64,000 nucleotides of DNA from Octopus sinensis (lineage: Eukaryota). This document shows positions 28,205-39,309 of the stretch, one piece after another; the first letter of the stretch is position 1; each line of letters begins with the position of its first letter. A model generated the notes under the pieces. That model had not been told where the DNA came from and did no database searches. It was given only the letters and a program-made list of their open reading frames with translations. The translations under genes and the position numbers were made by a program. The DNA is taken from NCBI RefSeq assembly GCF_006345805.1, contig NC_043008.1, forward strand, positions 26,164,001-26,228,000, given 5' to 3'.

Positions 28205-29882
28205 ATCATCGTTTAATGTCCGCATTCTATGCTAGCATGGATTGGATGATTTGACTGAGGACTGGTGAACCAGATGGCTGCACCAGCTCCAGTCTGATCT
28301 GGCAGTGTTTCTACAGCTGGATGCCCTTCTTAATGCTAACCACTCCCATACTCAAGTGGTGTTTTTTACATGCCACCTGCACAGGAGCCAGTCCAGTGGC
28401 ACTGGCGTAAACCTCACTTGAATGTGACTTCATTGCTCGTGAGCTTATGCATGTCATCAGCAATCATGGCCCATGTTACATTGCCATGTAGCATGGCTGT
28501 TTGTACACATGCAGTCTACCTTTTACTCTGACCGAGAGGCCCTTTGCCACCAGCAGAGTTAAGAGTTCTCTGAACTTTGCCCAAGCTATTCTTATTTTAG
28601 CAGCTAAACTTTCAGTACACCCTCCCCCGCTACTGACTTGGTCACCTAAGTAATGGAAGCTATCAACTATTAGTTTTTCTCCCTGGAATGCGGCGTAAGT
28701 TGTTCCCTGTGCATTTTCAGTATTCATTGCTCCTGAGCATCTGCCACATACAAAAACTATCTTCCCAGTTAGCCTTCCTTTGATATTGCTGCACCTCTTA
28801 TGTGTCCAGAACTTACACTGGGTATATCATATAGAGTTTCTACCTACGCCTTTTTTACAGATCAAGCAGGGCCATCTACCTGAAGGGATTTGTGGTTTGT
28901 CTGCCTTCCTACTTATTAGGACTTTGGTTTTAGCTAGGTTGACTCTAAGGCCCTTTGATTCTAATCCTTGTTTCCACACCTGAAACTTCTCCTCTAGTTC
29001 TCTTAGTGACTCAGCAATTAGAGCAAGGTCATCAGCATAGAGGAGCTCTCGGGAGCATCTTGTTTTGAATTCCTCTCTTATTGCCTGGAGGACTATGATA
29101 AATAGGAGGGGGCTGAGGACTGAACCTTGGTGGACCCCTGCCTCTACTTTGAATTCTTTACTGTACTTGTTGCCAACCCTCACCTTACTGACAGTTTTCC
29201 TGTACATGACTTGTACAGCTCTCACTATCCATTCATCTATCCCTAGTTTCCTCATTGACCACCAGATAAGGGATCGGGGGACCCTGTCAAAGGCTTTCTC
29301 CACGTCAATGAAAGCCAGGTACAGAGATTTATTTTTGGCTAGGTATTTCTCCTGTAGCTGTCTCACCAGAAATATAGCATCAGTGGTGCTTTTCACTGGC
29401 ATAAACCCAAACTGCATCTCATCTAAACTGACTCTCCCTAATTAGTTGGGCTATGACCCTCTCCGTAACCTTCTTTACATGATCCAACAGCTTGATACCT
29501 GTGTAATTATTTGTATCTAAAGCGTCACCTTTACCTTTGTAGCAGTTGACTATTATACTGCTACACCAGTCATTGGGTATGACTCCTTCGTGTATCACCT
29601 GGCTAACTATACGGATGACTAGGCCATAGCTGACATTGCCATATATTTTGAGTATCTCTGCAGTGATTCCTGATTGGCTGGGGGCTTTCCCTGTCTTCAT
29701 ACTCTTAATTGCTTTATCTACCAAGGTACTGTCAATTCGAATACCTGGTCCTCCTTTTGGGTCGACATTCAGCAAACTCTCTTTCTCCCATTCATTTTCT
29801 TTATTGAGCAACCTTTCATAGTGGCATCTCCAAACCTCTCTCTTTGCAGCCTCATTTAGTGCAAGAGAACCATCATCCATGT
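28205..29882 (-). mobile_element. 5'-truncated RTE LINE (RT domain plus 3' tail, internal deletion)
   Basis: ORFs 29419-29880, 28827-29417 (QFGFMP...STTDAIF, GVHQGSVLSPLLF, LLYADDL) and 28476-28727; paralogous to the 43.7-45.6 kb copy; (CAT)n tail. Confidence 0.93.
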
Positions 29883-30569
29883 GAACATATGTGTGTGTGT
29901 GTAGGGGGGGGGCATGTATGTATACACACATATCTGTCTAGAGAGAGGGGGAGAAAGAGGGGAGAGAGAAAGGGAGAGAGAGACATGCACACACACATAT
30001 GTATGTATTCTGTCTCATTTTGCTTTAATTAGTGTGCTGTTAAAAGTCACAAAGATAGTAGTACTGTTGAATAAGATGAAAGTCAAAGGTATATAATCTC
30101 ACCAGAAAAGCTGAAATATTTCAGTTTTGAAGCACTCACATTAGAAGTTTGCCCTTTGAAATTATTTTGTAAAATATGGCTTATAGCATAGACAAATAAA
30201 TCCTCAGCCAAAGTTCCAGCATCACTTTTGGCAAGTTTACAAATGAAATATTGATTTAGAATTATCAAGCACTTTGATGATGAGAGTGGTTATGTTGTGC
30301 ATCCAGTGCCCATGAGGCTCCATATATTTGTTTTTTTTTTTACTCTACCTATTACTAAGAAGCCATTTCAGCCACCGCATTCATTGCAAGCTGTTTGTGA
30401 TATTCACAACCCTAATACTTAATAGTTTGTTATTTAATTGGTCTCAGAGAGAAGTAATTCAATGTTGATTTTAGTCAAGGGCTGTAACTAAATATCATTA
30501 AGTATTTTATCCAACACTAAAATACTTCTGACAATATAGTGCCAGTATACACAATCATCATCATCATGC

Positions 30570-30618
<49 letters not shown>

Positions 30619-31029
30619 TTAACTTGTTCTCCATGCTCGCATGGGTTGGATTGTTTGTCCTGAGCTAGCAAGCTAGAGATCTGCACCAGGCTCCAGTCTG
30701 ATTTGGCATAGTTTCTACGATTGGATGCCTTTCCTAATTCCACCCACTTTACAGTGTGCTGAGTGTCTTTACATGGCACCACAATATGTTTCTGTTTTAA
30801 TTTGTTCTTGTTCTTTTCTAGTTTGAATATGCATACTATCAGGCCAGCTTTGACCATTTTATTTCTGCATGTACCTTCATGAGTTATCTGATAGAATGTT
30901 ACTAACCTTTGTGGGAAAAGTCTGCCTTGTTCAACATTCCAAATACACTTCTTCTGAGCTAATAAGTATAGAGAAAGTTGTGGTTCCATTATGGCATCAG
31001 CTATTTCAAGTTGTGTTTTAGATTTAGAA

Positions 31030-31790
31030 TACTTTTAAAGTATTTTTCTTTTGCGTTTTGTAGTTGATAATTTTCATCGTTTATTTTGTAGAAGGGGACT
31101 ATTTTAAATTTTCCATTTCCATTTTTAAAATAATTTGCTGTTCATGCACATTTTCATGCCTGGTTAGTTTTGTTCCTGTTTCCTCAATGTAATTCTCTTT
31201 GCATTTTGGGCATATGATACAATAGATGAAATATTTTGTTTTGCAATTCATTTTTGCATTCACTTTCAGGTCTTTCCCATTCTTGAATCTTTTGGTTGTT
31301 CCTTGTTCAGTTATTTCACATGTCCCACAATGAAGCTCTTCACAGTTTTTAACCTGCATTATTTCTTTCTCTGATGTGAATCTTGCCTTTGTTAGGAGTT
31401 GCTTGAGATTTAGTGGTTGTCTTTGGTTGTTGATAATTTGTGATTTTTTAAATTACTTGTTAGAGATTTGATGATTGATGTAGAATTGGAAGTATTGCTT
31501 GACTGAATGTAGGATATTGTGGTTCTTAGGATTATGGGTGACTACAAATAGAATACCTAAATTTGTATTTTTATTTTCACCCTTACAGTGTTTCCCAATA
31601 AGGCAGAGATTGGGATCTCGTTTTTTCTTTTACTTTGGTTATGACATAATCTAACATTTTGGTGTATTTCTGTTTTACATGGAGCATATTTAGTTCTAGC
31701 AATTTTTCTCCTGTCTAATTGTGTCAGTAACTTTTGAGCATATGCATTTTGCCATATTGAATGGTACATAACTTTATATTTAGTATGGTT
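31030..31790 (-). mobile_element. Penelope-like GIY-YIG element relic
   Basis: CGTCEI...FKNG...MNCKTKYFIYCIICPKCKENYIEETGTKL..H..HEQQI. Confidence 0.8.
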
Positions 31791-33692
31791 CTTTTGTGAT
31801 CAAAACCTTTGGTAATATTCTGTGCTAGAGAAAACCTATTAAGCTAAGTGAAATCATAGTCATGGCTGATGCTGGTATCATGTAACTAGCACCCATGCCA
31901 GAGGTGCGTAAGAGCACCTTTTGCCTCACAGAGACAATGATAAATGACTGCGACCTTTGGCAATATGTTGTGCTTGAGAAGATCTGTCAAGCCAAGTGAA
32001 ATTTATGAATCGTTGTGAGCAGTGTTGTCATCACTTCTATCAACAATTTGTTCTCTCAGTTTGTATCTTCATAGATGAGTGAAAATAAAAGCCTCCTCAC
32101 TTGAACAAATAAGGATTAGAAACAAGGAGGGGATCTGTCTGTAAAATAATGTCTCAATGTATTCATCTAATCAGTGCAAGTATATAAAAAGGGACGTAGA
32201 ATAAAATGAATGAAGTCAGCCCAGTATATATATAAGTAAAAGGAAATAGCATAGCTTTGATTTAAAACTGTTATGTAGTGATAGTTCATGTAGCAGCAGT
32301 AAGAATTCTTTAAATACAAATAAATACAATCAGAAGGTAATGGAATACCTTTACACTGATGATTAAATTGATTTTCCTTGTATTATTTACACTATTATAT
32401 TAAATTCTTTTCATCATTTACACTATTGCAATCGTATAAAACTATAATTAATGTTTTTACTTATATTAATAATTGATTTTAAAACAGATTAAAGAATAGA
32501 GAAAGAATTAAAAAGCAAGATAGTAAATTTATTAAAAGCTCTGAAAATAGTATTCTATACAATCATTATTTTGATAGGTTCATCCATTTTACATTAGTGT
32601 GGTAGGAAAATACATTTCATGTTCAATTATTTTGCAGCAATAACATTAAAATTCAGTTGTAATATTGTCTTTAATCTGCTTCATATTTATTTTGTAGTTT
32701 ATACAGATCATATAATTTCAATCCTATATATTTATTTTGATCTAAACTGAATCTCTTCAGTTTCATCAAATTTAAGGAAATGAGAGTAAGGATTGATACA
32801 GTTCGTCAACCCAATATCACGCACACAAACACACACACACACACAAACACATCATCATCATGTTGAACTGTTAATCTCTACATATTTTTCTGTTTTTTTT
32901 TTTTTCCCTTTCAATCCTTTCTGTGAAAAATCATAGGATTGAAATGTCAAAGACTTTTCCTTTCTTCTTGAGTATTTTCGACTTTTGTTTTTTGTAAATT
33001 TGAACTAAATATATATATGATGAAGCTGTATAAGGTCTGTTCTCTGCTCGGTGCATAGTGGGTTCTAAATAATGAGTCTCATGAATTCCATTTTCTTTCT
33101 CATATTCTACACACATGCACACACAAACAGCTATATGATTCAAATAGGAAGACACAAAGAAAGACTTTAACACATCTTTAAATGATCAATTTGAATTGTT
33201 TCTGTACAATCTTTGCTTTTAATGCCAGTTCATGCAAATTTCCAAGTGGAAATTTACATAATATTTATGGCATCAAAACATTGGTTCCCAGCCTGTGATC
33301 CATGAGGCCTGGCAGTCCACAAACCCCCGGTGGTCTGCAACGGTAGTACACTGGGTAAGTGAACTAAATGCAAAATTTCACATATATGTGGTTGACTGCT
33401 AGCTCCAAAAGTTTATTATTCTCTCAGTGTTTATTTCCTCATGTTGTTTTCTGTTGAAGAGCATAGACTCAAAACGTAAAAGACTTTCTCACCTCCCTGA
33501 GCATTAAGCTAATACACCTATCTTCATCTTTTGTTTTTCTGTAAATTTCAATAATATATATATATATATATATATATACACGTATATATTAATATTAATA
33601 TTAGAGAAGTTATTTCTGAGTCCACAGTGGAGAGAAGTTCAATTTAGTGGTACTAAAATGAATTACTCACTATATTATATACATATATATAG

Positions 33693-36600
33693 ATAGGTTT
33701 AAGAGACCGAATCACCCTCAAGCAACTCAATCATCATCGAATGACATTATCCACACTATGCACATATAGGACTAAATATTAAAATTATCAAAATTAATAC
33801 CTACAATTCTTATTCCAAATTATCAAAATTAATACCTTCAATTCTTATTTCAAATCATATACTTTAATACGTGCGTTTCATGACAACATATTCCTCGATA
33901 TTGCTGAAATAGAATGTCTATAAATACAATACCATATTAAAACGATTATATTGCCAATCTTCAGGTCTAGCATATATTAACTTATTTTGCTATTTACATC
34001 CTATATAAAGACTTGACAAACTAAAATTATATAACTAGAAGTTGTTAGAATAATTTTACTTTAGTAAATAATGAACAGAAATGTTGAATAAAAGTAGGAA
34101 GAATAAATGTTAGTAAAAAGAAATGTTAACTTATCTGTATGGTAATTTTCTCTCCATGAATTAAACATGGCTACCAGCAATCGTATAATCCACCATTAAG
34201 AGCTACTTTTGGGGGGGAGATAATTCTTATTAACATTTAAAAGTTCTTAAAAGATATTTTCTATTTATAATAATAAATCAGGAGAAGCCAGAAGTGAGTG
34301 TATGATGGAATAGTCTTTATTTTTTCTTGGTTAATTTATTTTATTTATATGTTAACTTTGATAAATAATAAATTTCTAGGTCAGTAAATAGGTAAACTAA
34401 ATTACTCAACTTGTAGATATTTCCACCTGTGAAGTTGAGTGTTGGTTTTTCAGAGTGTGCAGTGATGAGATTGTGAGTTGAAATTTGTTGTTGAAAACTG
34501 TTATTTTTAACGTTGTATTGATTGTTGAATTTTTGAAAACTGTTTTGCTGCTGCCCACAGTTGGGTATGCAAGCTGAGACTTACACGAGAGCAGCAGGCA
34601 AAAGCCTGTCTGCCGATGCATTACAGTTGAAGGAAGTAAAAATTGAAAAAGAAAATCTTAAGAAATATTTTGACAGCTTTAAAAAAGAGGGAGACTGTCT
34701 AAGAATCACACCGTCAAAAGATGCAGTTCAAAAAGCTGAAAAAAGGATAATAACCTATAGAACGAGGAATGTAGCCACAAAAAGAATTGAAGTGGCAGAA
34801 ATAGAGGAGATAGAACAGTGTCTAGAAAAGATAAAGGATAGAACCACCTTCTACACTAGAGGGAGAAAGTACGCCACAGTTGAATACGCCTCAAAAACGA
34901 AGAAGAAACAAGAATACATGCAACAACAGCATTAAGAACAACTACACACTGTGGTAGGCGAGCGGCGAGAGTTTGAATCAGTAAAGTACCACTGGAAATG
35001 GACATAGAAAGACTGGTAGCAGCGATTATATATAATTGTAAGGAAGAGGTAGATATCCTCAAGGTAGAGAAGTCTAACGATATTAACTGGTGGGGTTATG
35101 CAGTAGAAGCACTAATACACATAACCCTGCCAGATTTGCACAACATCTCAGACGAGTTGGTGCTCCCCGATGAGACCCGACTGAGAGTCGTGGTGGAGGG
35201 GAGACCTCCAGTATGCTATAAGTGTAAAAGCAGAAGGCACATGAAGGCAATGTGCCCTCTAAGAGAGATACATGAAGAAGAGATGACCTGAGAGGAATTC
35301 ACGAGAGACGTCAGAGCAGAGAAAGAGAAAGAAAATGAAGGAAAAAGCTTGAAGACGAGAGAGTTGAATGTGGAAGAAGAGCTCATGACCATGGTTAACA
35401 TGGCAAGAGACGACGAGCTAGAGAAGGAGAAAGAAAAAGAGAGAAAAGAAGAAAAAGAGGAGAGAAAAAGGAAGGAAAAGAGGAAGAGAAAAAGGAAGAT
35501 AGAAAACGAACACGGGTGGAATCACCACCTAAAAACCTAAAAAAGAAAAAAGCAAAAAAGAAGTCTGCTGCTGAGACAACAGAGAATAGAACTCAGGAGG
35601 TGAAACAAGCAACAGATAGATCAATTGAAGATCAAATGGAGGAGAAAATTGAAGAGTGGATAAAAAGGGTGGAGGAACGTCTGGAAGGTTGTAAAAAGGA
35701 GGAAGACCTTTAGGAAGGAACTTTAGAGCAGTGATGTATTACCTAAAAACAAAGAAATCAAAAAAAGACTAGCGATAATGAAAGGGTTAATAAGAGTGAA
35801 GTTAGACCCTGGAATGCATGACAATGAAATGAAAGCAGTATTGTTGGAGTATGAAACAGTGGAAAGATTAACAGATTTATTCCCAAGGACTATTGTGGGT
35901 ATCAGTCTCAATGTACGTTATGACAGTTTGCCCAGTGTAATGGAGCAGAAGCAACTGCTAGAATACATAACGGACGAATACCCCGGATAAGTTTAATTGT
36001 ATTCATAAACAGTAACATGAAACTGCGAGTTTTGGTGGGGTTCATAAGCCATTCCATTCTATTCATTGTAAATATTTCATTTCAGAATCATCTTTCGTTA
36101 TTTTTCGTTATATGTACCCATGTTTTGTGTTATTATGTCCCCTCTCTATTGAAGCTATATGCCTATAATAAAAATTTCTAAATTACTCAGCTTATAATTT
36201 TAAAATATTTAAAATATTTTGAAATAAGTAAAAGTCAGTAAAAATTAGTAAAAATCAGTAAAAATCTCATTGCTTATTATTTTTATAATTATAATGCTAT
36301 CACTTCTGGCTTCTCCTGATTTATTATCATAAATAGAAAATATCTTTCAAGAACTTTTAAACGTTAATAAGAATTATCTCCCCTCAAATATAGCTCTCAA
36401 TGTTGGATTATACGATTGCTGGTAGCCATGTTTAATTCATGGAGAGAAAATTACCATACAGATAAGTTAACATTTCTTTTTACTAACATTTATTCTTCCT
36501 ACTTTTATTCAACATTTCTGTTCATCATTTACTAAAGTAAAATTATTCTAACAACTTCTAGTTATATAATTTTAGTTTGTCAAGTCTTTATATAGGATGT

Positions 36601-36903
36601 AAATAGCAAAATAAGTTAATATATGCTAGACCTGAAGATTGGCAATATAATCGTTTTAATATGGTATTGTATTTATAGACATTCTATTTCAGCAATATCG
36701 AGGAATATGTTGTCATGAAACGCACGTACTAAAGTATATGATTTGAAATAAGAATTGAAGGTATTAATTTTGATAATTTGGAATAAGAATTGTAGGTATT
36801 AATTTTGATAATTTCAATATTTAGTCTTATATGTGCATAGTGTGGATAATGTCATTCGATGATGATTGAGTTGTTTGAATGTCATTCTGTTTCTTAAACC
36901 TAT
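33693..36903. mobile_element. Foldback-type element with 605-bp terminal inverted repeats
   Basis: 33693-34297 is the reverse complement of 36300-36903 at about 97% identity. Each arm contains a 35-bp tandem duplication. Inserted in a TA/TAGA microsatellite context. Confidence 0.93.
34413..36177 (+). mobile_element. ORF1-only non-LTR retroposon (HAL1-like; L1/Tx1-type ORF1 pseudogene)
   Basis: Flanked by a 16-bp direct repeat CTAAATTACTCA(A/G)CTT (34397-34412, 36178-36193); AATAAA at 36167-36172. Broken ORF 34567-35990 with a CX2CX4HX4C knuckle at 35214-35255 and a charged coiled-coil-like region. No EN or RT coding seen. Confidence 0.75.
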
Positions 36904-36904
36904 G

Positions 36905-36906
36905 TG

Positions 36907-36969
<63 letters not shown>

Positions 36970-37000
36970 CTATCTATCTATCTATCTATCTATGTATCTA
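36905..37000. repeat. (TCTA)n microsatellite
   Basis: Directly visible. Confidence 0.97.
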
Positions 37001-37489
37001 AGGAGAAACATATTACTAGGTGTCTGAGGGAATTTAAATAAATGTATCTTTGGTAGTGAAAAGGTTGAGAACCACTGTATTAAAACATTAATGTGGCTTT
37101 TCCTCAGACCTGCATCAAAGATACTTTTACATTGTAACATAATCTAAGAGCATATCTTTGAAGCAGATCTGAGGAAAAGCCATTCAAATGTTTAATACCA
37201 CAAATATTATGTAAATTTTCACTTGGAACTTTTGCATGAACTGGCAATGAAAGCAGACCTGTACAGAAACAACTCTAACTGTTCATTGAAGATATATTAA
37301 AGTTTTTTTTTGTCATATTATTTGGATTATATCTTACGTATTGCTAAACCCACATAACATTTTTACTGTTATGAAACCTAGATTTTCTACACCTTTCAAT
37401 AGTAGTCTAGAATCCAACATTGTAGATAGCCTAAAGCTCAGGCTGAGTGCTAAATTGGAAACATCTTATCTTTCTATCCTACTGGGATC

Positions 37490-37745
37490 TTATACATACA
37501 TACATACATACATACATACATACATACATACATACATACATACATACATACATACATACCCATCGTCTGCACCCAATACTTCTGGGAATATCCAGGCACC
37601 CACTTGATAGTGTCCTTTCAAAAGCAACTGTCATTACACATTCCAGTTGGACTCCAAAGTATGATCAAGTGAGACTATGAATGTTATCGAACTATATTGT
37701 TCTTGGTCTACCCTGAGGCCTTCTGCCGGTTGGCGAATCCATCAT
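37490..37745 (-). mobile_element. RTE-like LINE 3' end with (GTAT)n tail
   Basis: Minus strand resembles the GKRPxGRPRxxWxDNI C-terminal motif and runs into (GTAT)n at 37490-37560. Confidence 0.5.
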
Positions 37746-39309
37746 ATATAGATTGTTACATGAATGTATGTATGTATGTATGTATGTATGTATGTATGTA
37801 TGTATGTAGTATGTATGTATGTGTGTGTGTATGTATGTATGTATGTATGTATGTATGTGTGTATGTATGTATTATGTACATGTGTGTGTGTGTACATGTG
37901 TATGCAAATGTGCACTTATCTGTTTGTTTGCATTTGCAATGTATGAGAGTCACTGTGAGCAGTGTTGTTGTCATTAATTCTCTGATCAACAATTTGTCCA
38001 CTCACTTTGTACCTTCATAGATGAAATAAGAGCCTACTCACTTGAAGAACAAATAATGATTAGAAAGAGGAAAGGAATCTGTCTGTAAAAGGATGTCTCA
38101 ATAATATATTCATCTATATGTGTATGTATGTGGGTATGTGTATGTGAGTGTATTTGTGTGTGAGTGTGTGCACACACATGCACGCATGTATGCACATGTG
38201 TTTGTGTGTGTGTATAGTCATCTAAGAATCTACAAGTTAGGGAAAATAGCCACTCATACATTGGTGAATAGAGTAGGTATATTAACATTGATACACTACT
38301 GTATTACAAATCCATTTCCAGTGATTTTAACCATCAGTTTTGTATACATGAATTTGAGGGAAAAAGCAATCCTGAGACTTGTTAGAAGGGCTGGTAGTAA
38401 GTATACAGTGATAATAGCTCTATGCTTCTAGAAGTCAGGAAGTGTCTTTTTGGCTTTGCTGGTATTGTGTAAAGCTCAAATGTAAAAGAATGGGATAAAA
38501 ACACATCAGGAGAAGCTCTAACTTCGTTAGAATTATTTCCTTGGATGAGGATCAGACAGCATCACCATGGTCTAAGGAGAAAATATCTGGAAAGTAGGAA
38601 TGAGGCTAGGTTATGGGTGGGATGGGGTAGATGAGTGTGCCAGGTGGTGGAAAATGAAGATGAGAAGGGTAGTCAGTCCTAAAAAGCAATGGTTTGTGGA
38701 CATGTATGTGTATGCCTATGTGTAAGCTTGTATGGTATAAGCTGGAGGTGATTAACCTTGTGCTGAACATTCAGACTGTGAGGATGGGAAGCACTGATGA
38801 TGGAAGCTCTAACAGTTTTAGTTATGGTACAATCTGCCAGTATCCAATTACACGTTCCTGTTCATGTGTGTATTTTCTGATCCTGCCCACATAAACAGAA
38901 ATATGTCTACAGATACTGGCAGACCACACAATGAATATAAGCATCAGGGGTTCCACCATAAACAGTTCATGTCACCACAGCCTGAAATCTTGGCATAATG
39001 TTTGCCACAAATTATTACATACAAACACACATATATGTACATATCCACACATCATTTCAAGATTGACTACTGTTCCCTATCCTCACTTTCCACTACACAT
39101 CTCTGCAAGCATTTATCCCTTACAACATGGTAGTACTGTCTGATCCTCATCCAAGGGGCATAATTCTAATAAAGTTCCCTCTGAACTTAATTTCTGTTTT
39201 ATTCATTCAGGTTTTACACAACACTCACAAACCAGACACGACATTTCCTGGCCTCCATCTGAATTAAGCTTTCATCATGCTCTCCCTACCAGCCCCTCTG
39301 ATGAATTAC

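Larger units (their letters stand above)
33279..37077 (+). mobile_element. Non-autonomous hAT (Charlie/MER5-like) element carrying nested insertions
   Basis: TIRs CATTGGTTCCCAGCC (33279-33293) and GGTTGAGAACCACTG (37063-37077). 8-bp TSD-like flanks CATCAAAA (33271-33278) and TATTAAAA (37078-37085). Confidence 0.7.
33133..37332. mobile_element. Old palindromic (MITE-like) element split by later insertions
   Basis: 33164-33278 is an inverted copy (about 75-80%) of 37192-37306. The left arm resumes at 37086-37123 and pairs with 37153-37191 around a 29-nt loop. Confidence 0.7.

Noticed and set aside
26789-30958. Phase-compatible minus-strand exon candidates 30907-30958, 28047-28084 and 26789-26901
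   Set aside because: Peptide unrecognised; the third candidate has a poor acceptor and contains (CA)n; consistent with chance.
32931-33110. Protein-like ORF EYEKENGIHETHYLEP...
   Set aside because: Its start is homologous to 4060-4105 on the other strand, so it is part of a dispersed repeat.
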